This document shows, piece after piece, positions 1-9,573 of a DNA stretch of 64,000 nt (the first letter of the stretch is position 1; each line of letters opens with the position of its first letter). The notes beneath the pieces are model-generated. The model was not told the DNA's origin and made no database searches. It saw nothing but the letters and a program-made list of their open reading frames with translations. The position numbers and the translations under genes were made by a program. The stretch is from an uncultured candidate division Zixibacteria bacterium (GTDB lineage: Bacteria; Zixibacteria; MSB-5A5; UBA10806). The DNA lies in contig CAWDFP010000006.1 in NCBI GenBank assembly GCA_963801605.1, forward strand, positions 64,001-128,000. Reading direction: 5' to 3'.

Positions 1-9
1 TGGTGACAT
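1..9 (-). CDS. Possible start of a gene running off the window edge, divergent from TetR
   Basis: Minus strand reads GGAGA-CTTT-ATG TCA CCA (SD-like motif plus ATG at 9). Only three codons are visible. Confidence 0.35.
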
Positions 10-208
10 AAAGTCTCCAAGCTGATTTAACCATAGTTCGAGGGATTTTTAATAATCATCGATTTGTAATTTTCGCCATTACTTATTTTATGGTACCTTG
101 GTAATTTTTTCTGGTAAATCTATTACCTCTTGGCCTATACTTATTGAAGATTATTGCTTTTAATAGAATTAAACAGGTGGTAATTAAAAACGAAGAGGCC
201 CCTATCTT

Positions 209-832
209 ATGCACAAAGATAAATCCATAACCAGGGAAAAGATCATTTCCGCGGTAGGCAAGGTCTTAATAAATTCGGGAATGCGTGAAATTGGGATAAA
301 TTCGATTGCCAGGCAAGCGGGGGTAGATAAGGTTCTTATCTACAGGTATTTTGGAAGCCTCGAAGAGTTACTGCGCGCATTTGTTCAGGAAACCAATCTT
401 TGGCCAACTTCAGCCGAACTTTTAGGCGAAAAAGCTGTTATTCGACGCACCAGTGACATTAGGGATGTAATAAGTAGTCTTTTAATTAATCAATTGGCTG
501 AAATCAGACGTCGTAAGCCCACCCAAGAAATTCTTCGGTGGGAGACAATTGAGGAGAACGAGCTTACTCAGTCGCTGGCTGCTGCCAGGGCAAAACAGGC
601 TTCGGATATTGTCAGCGGTTTTTACCTGACCCAACAACCATCAAAGGATATTGAAGCATTGCTGGCGCTCATTAATGCTGGAATCACCTACTTAGTGCTA
701 CGATCGAAAATAACGGATAAACACCTGGGAATCGACCTGCATTCAAACTATGGCTGGCAACGACTTTCAAAACTTATTAATGAGCTCGTGGCCGATTATT
801 TGAAAACCGCTGACGGAAGTGCTACAAAGTAA
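209..832 (+). CDS. TetR/AcrR family transcriptional regulator
   Basis: N-terminal HTH 'GINSIARQAGVDKVLIYRYFGSLEEL', 207 aa. Confidence 0.92.
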   Translation: MHKDKSITREKIISAVGKVLINSGMREIGINSIARQAGVDKVLIYRYFGSLEELLRAFVQETNLWPTSAELLGEKAVIRRTSDIRDVISSLLINQLAEIRRRKPTQEILRWETIEENELTQSLAAARAKQASDIVSGFYLTQQPSKDIEALLALINAGITYLVLRSKITDKHLGIDLHSNYGWQRLSKLINELVADYLKTADGSATK

Positions 833-1021
833 AATTATGCCGCATATTTATTTTCGCTGAATTGTCGAAACCTTCGAATTTCTTAGCTAATGTATCAAAT
901 TACGGCTTATTCTATGTATAAAGGCTTTCACTTTCAATAAGCTCAATAAAACTCGAATATATTGAATCAACTCTCCATCGATGTTTTTCTAACATTTTTT
1001 TAACATAACACGCCGTAATAC

Positions 1022-1103
1022 GGGACAAAATGGGACAATATCGGAAAAGACGACATGGTGTAAGTCTTTGCCCTTGTCGTCTTTTATTGTTCGGTATTGT
1101 CCC
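1022..1103. repeat. Imperfect inverted repeat with short direct repeats
   Basis: GGGACAATA (1032-1040) pairs with TATTGTCCC (1095-1103), AAAAGACGACA pairs with TGTCGTCTTTT, and GGGACAA occurs at 1022 and 1032. Confidence 0.6.
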
Positions 1104-1359
1104 GTGATAGGGGGCTGCATCTAACTTATAACCCGAAGGTCCAAAATATATTGATGTGGGCACGAAAAAACTGGCGAGCGTCTCAAAATATAACCCCACT
1201 TCCTTAATATTGAATGATTTTTATGGTGCCCAAAATGTGACCCAAAAAGTTCAGCGTTATTCTATATTATTCAAGGATATAGCAGTTTAACCATTGGGAC
1301 GGGGAGAACAATACCCCAACCCCAACGATAACTTATTGTCAGGTAATTACTTATAAATC

Positions 1360-1719
1360 TGGAGGCGGGGGGAATCGAACCCCCGTCCGAAGATACCTCG
1401 GAAAAACCATCTACGCGCATAGGTTGTCTATTTGAGTCTCGGTCGTCAGTGTCGCCGATAACCAGGCTATCCGACAACCTATCCTTCTATTATTTCGCGA
1501 CCCAACCGAAGGCGTGAAGGGCCGCTATCTTATCTGAGTCGACGCTCTATTCCGAAGCCGATAAGCAGGCTCAGATAGAACGAGCCACCAGTGTCTTAGG
1601 CGGCCAGTGCGTACGAATAATCGTTGGCACTTAAAGTGTTCCCAGTTGATTAACGAGGCAAACTGGAACCTCGGCGCGCAAGTTTAACGTCAGCCATCCC
1701 GTCGAAACCTGTCGCCCCC
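1360..1719 (-). ncRNA. ssrA: tmRNA (transfer-messenger RNA)
   Basis: 5' end GGGGGCGACAGGTTTCGACG, 3' T-arm GGTTCGATTCCCCCCGCCTCCA, internal tag ORF 1628-1596 encoding ANDYSYALAA-stop. Confidence 0.97.
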
Positions 1720-1950
1720 ATGAAATTTTCAAAGAACCAAGAGAAGTAATATAATCATTGTGAAACTTTATCGCAATTGCTCGCTAATAATATATTACTC
1801 TTTTGCCCATAATAGTGTTCCCCCCTATCGGCAATCATAGACAATTTCAATGCTTTACAGCCGTCTATTATACTCCCCCGGATATTTCTTCTTGATAATG
1901 TCATGACGGGAGTATATGCTTAATCAGTAATTTTGCGAAAGGGCTCGGAT

Positions 1951-2916
1951 ATGGCATTGGATGATTCTGTCTTAAATTGGCTATTAGAAGATGAGAATCC
2001 GTCGGTTAAGTATTTAACAATGACTACAATTTTGGAAGAACCCGAAGATTCTAAATTCGCGAAAAAAACGAGAGCGCTGATAGCCAAATCACCATTCATT
2101 CTCGCTTTGTTCAACGGGCAGCAAAGGGATGGCAATTTCGGCTGTAATGTTTACGACAAATGGATGGGCGCTCATTGGCGGCTTCGATCCATTGTGGATT
2201 TAGCCATTCCCGAAGGCGACAAGCGGGCCATTAAGGCCGCTGATCAGGTTCTTCGTTGGCTCGAAAGCCCGGAGCATAAAAAGTATATCAGGCTTATCAA
2301 TGGCCTGACTCGGCGGTGTGCCTCGCAGGAAGGGAACGCCCTGGTGGCATGTTGCCGGCTCGGTATGGCGGACGACCCGCGCGTTCGAAATCTGGCTAAA
2401 TCTTTAATATCATGGCAATGGCCCGATGGCGGCTGGAATTGTGATAAGGAGATTACGGCGCACCACTCATCGTTTTATGAAAGCGTGATACCGATGTGGG
2501 GGCTTATGGAGTATCACCGTACAACGGGTGATAGGGCGGCGCTTTCTGCCGCAAATAGAACCGGAGATTTCATTCTACGTCATCGCCTTTTCCGTTCGGA
2601 AAAAACGGGAGAGATAATAAATTCAAACTGGCTTCGGTTACGCTACCCTCATTACTGGCATTATAATATTTTGCAGGGGTTATCGGCGCTCGCGATGCTC
2701 GGCAAGGTTAAAGATTCGCGCTGCTGCGAAGCGGTTGATATCATAGAGAAGAAACGTCGACCGGATGGCCGTTGGAAAGCAGACGGTTATCATTGGAAAT
2801 ATCCAATAGAGGGCGAAAGATATGGCTCGCCTGTCGATTGGTGGCGCGGCCAACCCAACAAGATGCTGACACTAAATGCACTTAGAGCCTTGAAGGCGGC
2901 GGGAAGACAGTTATGA
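1951..2916 (+). CDS. Prenyltransferase/squalene-cyclase-repeat-like (alpha/alpha barrel) protein of unknown function
   Basis: QW-type repeats 'QQRDGNF', 'QWPDGGWNC', 'RRPDGRW'. ATG at 1951 preferred over TTG at 1933. Confidence 0.7.
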   Translation: MALDDSVLNWLLEDENPSVKYLTMTTILEEPEDSKFAKKTRALIAKSPFILALFNGQQRDGNFGCNVYDKWMGAHWRLRSIVDLAIPEGDKRAIKAADQVLRWLESPEHKKYIRLINGLTRRCASQEGNALVACCRLGMADDPRVRNLAKSLISWQWPDGGWNCDKEITAHHSSFYESVIPMWGLMEYHRTTGDRAALSAANRTGDFILRHRLFRSEKTGEIINSNWLRLRYPHYWHYNILQGLSALAMLGKVKDSRCCEAVDIIEKKRRPDGRWKADGYHWKYPIEGERYGSPVDWWRGQPNKMLTLNALRALKAAGRQL

Positions 2917-3707
2917 TTGAAGAGATGCGCAAAATAAATATCAATGTAGCTGATATAAGAAACAAGCCCAGATTCAAATCCGAAAGGATAACGCAGGCCC
3001 TCTATAACGAATCGGTTGAAATTCTCAAAAGGGGCGAAGACTATTACCATGTAAAACTTCAAGACGGCTACAAAGGATATGTTAAAAAACTCTTCCTTTC
3101 AAAAGATGATGCGGAAAGCGGACAAAATTTTATAATCAAATCCCCGTTGGCCGCGGTTTACGCCAAACCCGATGAGCACTCCTCAGTATTGACCATGCTT
3201 CCATTCGCGGCTGAACTCAAGGCTCAAAGCGAAAATGAACATTTCATGTCCGCGCATTCTCATCGTTATGGCGATATCTTCATAAAAAGCCCGGATCTTC
3301 TCCCAATCGCTAAGAGGCCCAGACTGACCAAAGAAAATATCCCGCTAATGCTTGATATAGCGCGCCAATTTATGGGAGTCCCTTATCTCTGGGGCGGTAG
3401 ATCGTATTTTGGGGTCGATTGCTCGGGTTATGTGAATGTGATCCTGAAGTATTTCGGAATCATGATGCCCAGAAAAACGAAGGATCAGGTCAAGTTCGGG
3501 AAGAAAGTCCCTTATGGAGAGATCGAGGTTGGCGATCTGCTTTTTTTTAGAATTCATGTCGGGATTGCTCTTAATAAGACCGATTATATCCACTCCAGCC
3601 TTTCACAGGGCGGCGTGCACATAAATTCTCTTGATCCGGAATCGAATAAATACCTTCGCTTTCGAGACCTGAGCCTAAGAGCAGTTAGGCGATTTACGAC
3701 TGATTAG
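2913..3707 (+). CDS. NlpC/P60 (C40) peptidase with N-terminal SH3-like domains (YkfC-like)
   Basis: 'PYLWGGRSYFGVDCSG' catalytic Cys, 'HVGI' and 'IHSS' His motifs, N-terminal 'ERITQALYNE'. Confidence 0.9.
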   Translation: MIEEMRKININVADIRNKPRFKSERITQALYNESVEILKRGEDYYHVKLQDGYKGYVKKLFLSKDDAESGQNFIIKSPLAAVYAKPDEHSSVLTMLPFAAELKAQSENEHFMSAHSHRYGDIFIKSPDLLPIAKRPRLTKENIPLMLDIARQFMGVPYLWGGRSYFGVDCSGYVNVILKYFGIMMPRKTKDQVKFGKKVPYGEIEVGDLLFFRIHVGIALNKTDYIHSSLSQGGVHINSLDPESNKYLRFRDLSLRAVRRFTTD

Positions 3708-3864
3708 AATATTTGCAATTTGTTGTCCAATTGCCCGCAAAATAATATTATTTTTAAGCAACTAAAACCGAAACCGGACAGGCGTTATCATAGTTTCATA
3801 GGAGTAGCATTGTTGCGGGTTTGATTATTGGATTTAATTAAATAAAGAAATGAGGAAGGAATAA

Positions 3865-4429
3865 ATGATTCAGATTGGAAAAACGATTCCGAATTTTGAG
3901 ATCGAGGCTTATCACGATGATGAAATCAAGAAAATTGAACTTTCTGATTATCGAGGCAGATGGCTGGTGATGCTGTTCTATCCGGCTGATTTTACTTTTA
4001 TCTGCCCAACAGAACTCGAGGAAGCCGCCTTACTATATGACCGTTTTAAGTTAGAAGGCGCCGAGATTATAAGTGTCAGTACCGATACCGTATTCACCCA
4101 TAAAGCCTGGCATGATTCGTCAAAATCTATAGGTAAAATCAAGTATCCGATGGCTGCCGACCCGACTGGAAGGCTCTGCCGTACGCTGGGTACTTATATC
4201 GAATCTGAGGGAGTTTCTCTTCGGGCCAGCTTAATAATTGATCCCGATGGCGTATTGAAGGCTGTCGATATTCATGATAACAGCATCGGGCGGAACGCTA
4301 ATGAGATTCTTGCGTAAACTTCAAGCTGCCAGATTCGTGCGCGAAAACGAAGGATTAGTCTGCCCGGCCAGTTGGTCCCCCGGTAAAGATACCATGCGTC
4401 CCGGATTAGGATTGGTGGGGAAAATTTAA
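3865..4429 (+). CDS. ahpC: 2-Cys peroxiredoxin AhpC (one-base frameshift near 4312, probably an error)
   Basis: 'FYPADFTFICPTE'. The +1 frame continues RKLQAARFVRENEGLVCPASWSPG...GKI to TAA at 4429 and carries the resolving VCP. Confidence 0.88.
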
Positions 4430-4557
4430 GATCTCCGATTAATTATCATATAAATGCCCGCAATCATAGATGTTTGCGGGCATTCTTATATTGGGGAGAT
4501 GATTTAGAAAGCCGGGCACAGGAGTTGAATTCCAGTATAATAGTCCATAACCGGTAA

Positions 4558-6027
4558 CTACTTTTCAATATCGGCTTTTGCCTGGCGGGCCAGTTGTAGA
4601 ATTTCCCAATACGGCGGACGGTACCCTTGGTTCGATTGAAAATCCACAGCAAGTTCCAGCGTCTTATCTCTTATTTTATCATGTCTGGCAGTATAGCTTT
4701 TATTTCTCAGGGCGCCCTCTGCACTCATACCCTCAGGGACCGGCCCCACCGCTCCGAAGCGATTAATAATCCAACTATAAAGCTTGGCAATCCTCGCCAG
4801 CGGCAACATGAAGATATTGTAGGATAAATCGTCACCCCTCTCAGCACCTTCGAGCATAGCGTCAGTGACGGCATTATCGATGTGATCTTTGTAAAGCGTT
4901 TCGATATCGCGCCACTCCGCCACAACCGTAAGCTTCGGATCATATTCCAGATCGGATGGCTCCTGTGTTTCGAAGTGGGTGACTCCAAAATATGAGAGCC
5001 AGCGAACCACGCCCGGCGATGAGATAGACGATTTCTTTGCCCAGAGCTGAACACCAGCCCCGGCATAAGGATCAAGTACAACCTCGGAGCAGAACTGGCG
5101 CGAATTATCTTGCGAATCCATCTCAAAATCGTAAGCAATGTGCCGACTTTTAGCCTCGTCCAAAGCCGCTTTTGCTACTCTGTGTGGAAGCATGGGATCG
5201 GCGACCATCTGCGGCAGGTCATGGCGAAGCCGCAATATCATCACTCGAAGCTTTTTATCTTTAAGGTAGCTTTCAAGCGATGATATGGTTACTCCTCGTT
5301 CGATATGAGATTCTATAATCGAAGCCAGGTTAGTCTGGGGATCGACATAGACCAGCGCCGCATGAGAGAAGTTGCCCTGATAATTGCTGCCCCGAGCTAT
5401 CAACGCTGATGTGGCCGCTCCTCCTCGCGATATAAGGATATCGCCACTGTGTATGGTGGCGCCCAAAATTCTCGTGAAGGGAGTCGACGAAGGCTCCTCA
5501 TTGCAGGCAAGGAGTGGCGTGAGGGTGTCCGATGCAACCTGCAGCATGATCTCCTCGAGCGCCCCCCTGGCTCCATAAAGCAGACGATAAGTGGTTTCCT
5601 GCGCGAGATCGCTGCTTATATCCCAATTAATTGACTGCTTCTTAATTGAATTCCTGAGTTTGACGGTAAGCGTTTGGAAATCGCCCAGGTAATTGGGGCA
5701 GATCGCTACCATTATGGCCAGGTTGAACAGGTTATTTTCGAGGTGATGGTAAATCGGAGAATCGGGATTATATTCTGTTAAGGAGAGCAGATCAAGCAAA
5801 CTATCTTCACTATGAAAATCGTCGGTAATTCGGGGCAAAAGGCTGGGGCATCCTACAGCTCTGGCTTGTTTGAAATTTCGTTCGAGCAGTAACCAGTGAT
5901 CGTCCTGGCTCCAGGCAAATGGCTTTTTATAATCGTTTTGAACTTTGGGAGTTGAATCGGGAATTAGAAGCAGGGCATAGAATAAAGTCAATAAAATCAA
6001 AGCGATAAAGGCTCTTTTCTTAGTCAT
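4558..6027 (-). CDS. Permuted papain-like amidase (YiiX/YebB-type NlpC/P60) with N-terminal membrane anchor
   Basis: 'GDILISRG...FSHAAL' His precedes 'YDF...FCSEV' Cys. Hydrophobic N-terminus, ATG at 6027. Confidence 0.8.
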   Translation of the reverse strand: MTKKRAFIALILLTLFYALLLIPDSTPKVQNDYKKPFAWSQDDHWLLLERNFKQARAVGCPSLLPRITDDFHSEDSLLDLLSLTEYNPDSPIYHHLENNLFNLAIMVAICPNYLGDFQTLTVKLRNSIKKQSINWDISSDLAQETTYRLLYGARGALEEIMLQVASDTLTPLLACNEEPSSTPFTRILGATIHSGDILISRGGAATSALIARGSNYQGNFSHAALVYVDPQTNLASIIESHIERGVTISSLESYLKDKKLRVMILRLRHDLPQMVADPMLPHRVAKAALDEAKSRHIAYDFEMDSQDNSRQFCSEVVLDPYAGAGVQLWAKKSSISSPGVVRWLSYFGVTHFETQEPSDLEYDPKLTVVAEWRDIETLYKDHIDNAVTDAMLEGAERGDDLSYNIFMLPLARIAKLYSWIINRFGAVGPVPEGMSAEGALRNKSYTARHDKIRDKTLELAVDFQSNQGYRPPYWEILQLARQAKADIEK

Positions 6028-6232
6028 TATTTTAACTCCACTTAACGATGCCCTGAACCATAACAAGCTCTAATTAAGGCGTAGCGATGATTAAAGCAAT
6101 CAATTTCGGGCCAAAATCTGTTTTGAGGTTTCAAAATTATAATATTATTACACTTGATAATTTTATTCGATTATACCATCATAATATAAGTAAAACAATC
6201 GAACAGGTTTAAATAGCATCGGGGCGGGAATT

Positions 6233-7012
6233 ATGGATATCTACAAGGAAATTGCGGAGCGTCTTGAACAGGGCAAGCCATTTGTGCTGGCAACTCTTAT
6301 CCACACTTCAGGGTCAGTGCCAAGGGATCCGGGCGCCAAAATGCTGGTTTTTCCGGATGGCACCATTTCGGGCACAATTGGCGGTGGCAAATTCGAAAAA
6401 ATGATTATAGATGATTGCTTAGCCATGTTTGCCGATAATTCAACAAACCAGCTAAAAAGTTATCTTCTGCAGGACTCCGGACCAGATGCCATAGGCATGT
6501 ATTGCGGCGGCAAAGCCGAGGTTTTCCTTGAAAGGTTTTCCCGTCCCGAGACACTGTATATTTTCGGAGGGGGACATATCGGGCGAGACCTGGCAAAAAT
6601 TGCTCTCGGTTTGAATTTTAGAATCATTGTAATCGATGACAGGCAGGACATACTATCGCAATATCAGAGCCCGGTTGAGACTATCCTTACAGATACCAGT
6701 TTCGATCTGGATTTCCCTCAGATAAGTGACGACAGTTATGTGGTTATCGTGACACATGGGCATAAAGGCGATCGCGACGTGCTTTCGAAAGTGATAAATA
6801 CCAGCTGCGCTTATATCGGAATGATCGGTTCAAAAACCAAGATTGCCAAGACTTTTGCATCGCTGGAGGAAGCTGGAATTGATCGAGAAAAATTATCTCG
6901 GGTGCATAGTCCCATCGGCCTCGATATTGGCGCCGAGGGGCCGTACGAGATTGCAGTGGCAATAGCGGCTGAAATAATTGCGGCCAAACGGAAACAAGCA
7001 GCCAAAAAATAA
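6233..7012 (+). CDS. XdhC/CoxI-family molybdoenzyme maturation factor
   Basis: 'GSVPRDPGAKM','GTIGGG','GMYCGG','FGGGHIG','YIGMIGS','SPIGLDIGA..PYEIAVAIAAEI'. Confidence 0.93.
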   Translation: MDIYKEIAERLEQGKPFVLATLIHTSGSVPRDPGAKMLVFPDGTISGTIGGGKFEKMIIDDCLAMFADNSTNQLKSYLLQDSGPDAIGMYCGGKAEVFLERFSRPETLYIFGGGHIGRDLAKIALGLNFRIIVIDDRQDILSQYQSPVETILTDTSFDLDFPQISDDSYVVIVTHGHKGDRDVLSKVINTSCAYIGMIGSKTKIAKTFASLEEAGIDREKLSRVHSPIGLDIGAEGPYEIAVAIAAEIIAAKRKQAAKK

Positions 7013-7027
7013 CAGATATTTATTGGG

Positions 7028-7045
7028 GTCATAACAAATTATGAC
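7028..7045. repeat. Palindrome GTCATAA-N4-TTATGAC (copy 1)
   Basis: Perfect 7-bp arms. The same arms recur at 35306-35323. Confidence 0.7.
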
Positions 7046-7202
7046 ATCCAATTAGATTTTTGTTGGGTTTCTCGTCCGGGAAATCGCAATACGCCTACAC
7101 CAAAGAAATATGATAATATATATGATTGAGCAACTGCCTTTATCAACATCCCCTGAATTGTGTCGCTACGGAATTTAATAAACGAATCCTACACCAAAGA
7201 AA

Positions 7203-7235
7203 GGATGTGGTCACATTTAATTGTGACACACATCC
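7203..7235. repeat. Imperfect palindrome, possible terminator between convergent genes
   Basis: GGATGTG-GTCACA-tttaat-TGTGAC-a-CACATCC. Confidence 0.55.
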
Positions 7236-7255
7236 TTGGCTACTTAGTATTAAAA

Positions 7256-8308
7256 TTATTCTATGATTTCCCAGTTTGGCTGGTATTTATCGAGTTCGAT
7301 TCGGGTACGCTCGTCCAGGGGATGAGGACGCTCGGGTATTTCGACATGCTTATCGACTCCACACAGCGGAGTAGAAAAATAACGCTGGCCGGTATCGTTA
7401 ATCATGGTAACGATCCGTTTCAGTTGCGGATGTTTCTTGGCGAGCTTGATGGCCGCGGCGATATTAGAGCCCGATGATATTCCGCAGAATATGCCCTCCA
7501 TACGAGCCATCTTTCTGGCCATCTCTAAGGCTTCGGATGTGGTGGTAGTGATAATGCCATGCAGAAGTGAAACATCGAGATTGATCGGTACAAAGCCATC
7601 GCCGATACCCTCGATACCGTGCGGACCCCAGGCTCGCTTTGAAAGGAGCGGGCACTCCGCGGGTTCGATCGCATAAAGTTTGGTTTTCCCTTTTTGTTTG
7701 CGGATATATTTTCCAACGCCGGTTAAGGTGCCACCGGTGCCCTGCGTGGCGATGAAAGCGTCGAGCCTGCCACCAGTCTGCTCCCAAATTTCGGGGCCGG
7801 TGGTCTTGAAATGAGCGGCCACGTTATCGGCGTTATCAAACTGCGCCGGCACCCAATATTTCTTTGGATTTTGAGAGCGGATTAGCGCAAGCTTCTCAAG
7901 CGCCAAATCAACGTCGCTCTCCCCGCCCGGCGTATAGACCATTTGAGTGCCATAGGCGATATCGAGCATCTTACGTTCCTCGGACATGCCCTCAGGCATA
8001 ACAATAATGCAGGGATATCCCTTAACTGCGGCGACAAATGAACAACCAATACCGGCGTTGCCGGTGGAACATTCCAAAACAGTCATGCCGGGTTTAAGCT
8101 CGCCTCGCTTTTCGGCCAGATTGAACATATTGAGGTAGATGCGATCTTTAAGGCTGCCCGACGGCGAAAAATATTCGACCTTGCCCAATATCTCGCATTC
8201 TACGCCCATCGATTTCGGAATTTTATTCAATTTAACAAGCGGCGTTCTGCCGATAGTATCGAAAATGTTTTTGGAAATACGTTTGTTGCTGTCCCATTTG
8301 ACTGGCAT
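7256..8308 (-). CDS. PLP-dependent cysteine synthase-family (fold type II) enzyme
   Basis: 'IGRTPLVKL','SPSGSLKDR' (PLP Lys),'STGNAG','GTGGT','HGIEGIG','GISSG','DTGQRYFST'. Confidence 0.9.
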   Translation of the reverse strand: MPVKWDSNKRISKNIFDTIGRTPLVKLNKIPKSMGVECEILGKVEYFSPSGSLKDRIYLNMFNLAEKRGELKPGMTVLECSTGNAGIGCSFVAAVKGYPCIIVMPEGMSEERKMLDIAYGTQMVYTPGGESDVDLALEKLALIRSQNPKKYWVPAQFDNADNVAAHFKTTGPEIWEQTGGRLDAFIATQGTGGTLTGVGKYIRKQKGKTKLYAIEPAECPLLSKRAWGPHGIEGIGDGFVPINLDVSLLHGIITTTTSEALEMARKMARMEGIFCGISSGSNIAAAIKLAKKHPQLKRIVTMINDTGQRYFSTPLCGVDKHVEIPERPHPLDERTRIELDKYQPNWEIIE

Positions 8309-8319
8309 GTTAGTCTCTC

Positions 8320-9573
8320 CTATTTGAAAAGCTTTCTTATTCTCCGTTCGATTGCACCGATATCGGGATCAACCAGTTCGATATCAGATGAGATATTCGT
8401 CGCGGCGGCCTCGATATCCTTTAAGCCGTGCCCGGTAAAAAGAACTACGGTTGTTTCATCCCTATCTATCTGGCCAGATTCCACGAGATTTAGAAGTCCG
8501 GCGTATGAGGCGGCGGCCGCAGGCTCAACGAAAATTCCTCCCTGCCGGGCGATTATCTTTTGCGCCGAGAGAATCTCATCCTCGCCAACTGCGATCATGG
8601 CACCCTGAGTGGTCCTCACGGCTCGAAGCGCCTTAAAGCTATCCCTGGGGTAACCGACCGAGATTGAATCGGCAATGGTTTCGGTGGCACTTAAGAGGAT
8701 CGGCTCGCCATCCATCATAAAAGCTGAAACCAGCGGGCTGGCCCCTTTGGCCTGGATTCCATAAAGGCGCGGCATTTTATCTATCAAGCCCAAACCCAAC
8801 AAATCGGAAAAACCTTTGTAAAGTCCGCCAATAATGCAGCCATCGCCGACCGGACAGATGACAGAATCAGGCGCTTTACCGAGGTCTCGCGCCATTTCAA
8901 GCGCGGCGCTTTTTTTGCCCTCTCCCGTGTAGGGATTAACTGCGGTATTACGATTGTACCATCCGAATTTTTGGCAAGCCTCCTGGCAAAAATCGAAAGC
9001 GTGATCGTAGTCGCAGTCAAGTTTGATGATATGCGCACCGTGTATTGCGATTTGCACCATTTTGGGACGAGGAGCGTTTTTCGGGACAAAGACTATAGTC
9101 TCAAGCGATGTCGCAGCGGCCAGCGTGGCCAATGATGAAGCGGCATTTCCGGTGGACGCAGTTGCGATCACCTTAGCCCCCGCTTCCTGCGCCATGGCAA
9201 TTGCCACGGCCGAGGCACGATCTTTGAATGACGCCGATGGGTTTCTACCATCGTCTTTAACCCAGAGTTCTTTCATTTTAGCTGCTTTAGCCAATTTAAT
9301 GGATTTGAACTGTGGGGTCTGGCCAACCGGTATCGGAGGCAGGTTTTCTCTGGATTTAAATGGGAAAATATCCTCAAGGGATTCAAATACCGGCTTGCAA
9401 CGATGCAGAAGCTGAAGCGCTTTGTATTTGCTTTTTAGTTTCTCTAAGGGATAGATAACATCGAGGGTGCCGCGAAAGGGGCTACAGTTGGGACAGGTAT
9501 ATACATCGGAATCTTCCGCAAATTCGCGTTCGCAATTAACACATCTAAGCTTAAATTTCAAATTCTCTCCCAT
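8320..9573 (-). CDS. Threonine synthase-like PLP enzyme
   Basis: N-terminal CxxC..CxxC, 'NPSASFKDR','ASTGNAA','PVGDG','EPAAAA','TGHGLKD'. Confidence 0.88.
   Translation of the reverse strand: MGENLKFKLRCVNCEREFAEDSDVYTCPNCSPFRGTLDVIYPLEKLKSKYKALQLLHRCKPVFESLEDIFPFKSRENLPPIPVGQTPQFKSIKLAKAAKMKELWVKDDGRNPSASFKDRASAVAIAMAQEAGAKVIATASTGNAASSLATLAAATSLETIVFVPKNAPRPKMVQIAIHGAHIIKLDCDYDHAFDFCQEACQKFGWYNRNTAVNPYTGEGKKSAALEMARDLGKAPDSVICPVGDGCIIGGLYKGFSDLLGLGLIDKMPRLYGIQAKGASPLVSAFMMDGEPILLSATETIADSISVGYPRDSFKALRAVRTTQGAMIAVGEDEILSAQKIIARQGGIFVEPAAAASYAGLLNLVESGQIDRDETTVVLFTGHGLKDIEAAATNISSDIELVDPDIGAIERRIRKLFK

Noticed and set aside
1360..1440. Apparent tRNA gene
   Set aside because: The T-arm and acceptor belong to the 360-nt tmRNA with a tag ORF.
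912..1477. ORFs 912-1199 and 1271-1477
   Set aside because: No recognisable motifs. They overlap repeat DNA and the tmRNA.
4300..4320. Programmed frameshift or readthrough in ahpC
   Set aside because: No slippery heptamer is evident, and similar single-base indels occur throughout the window.
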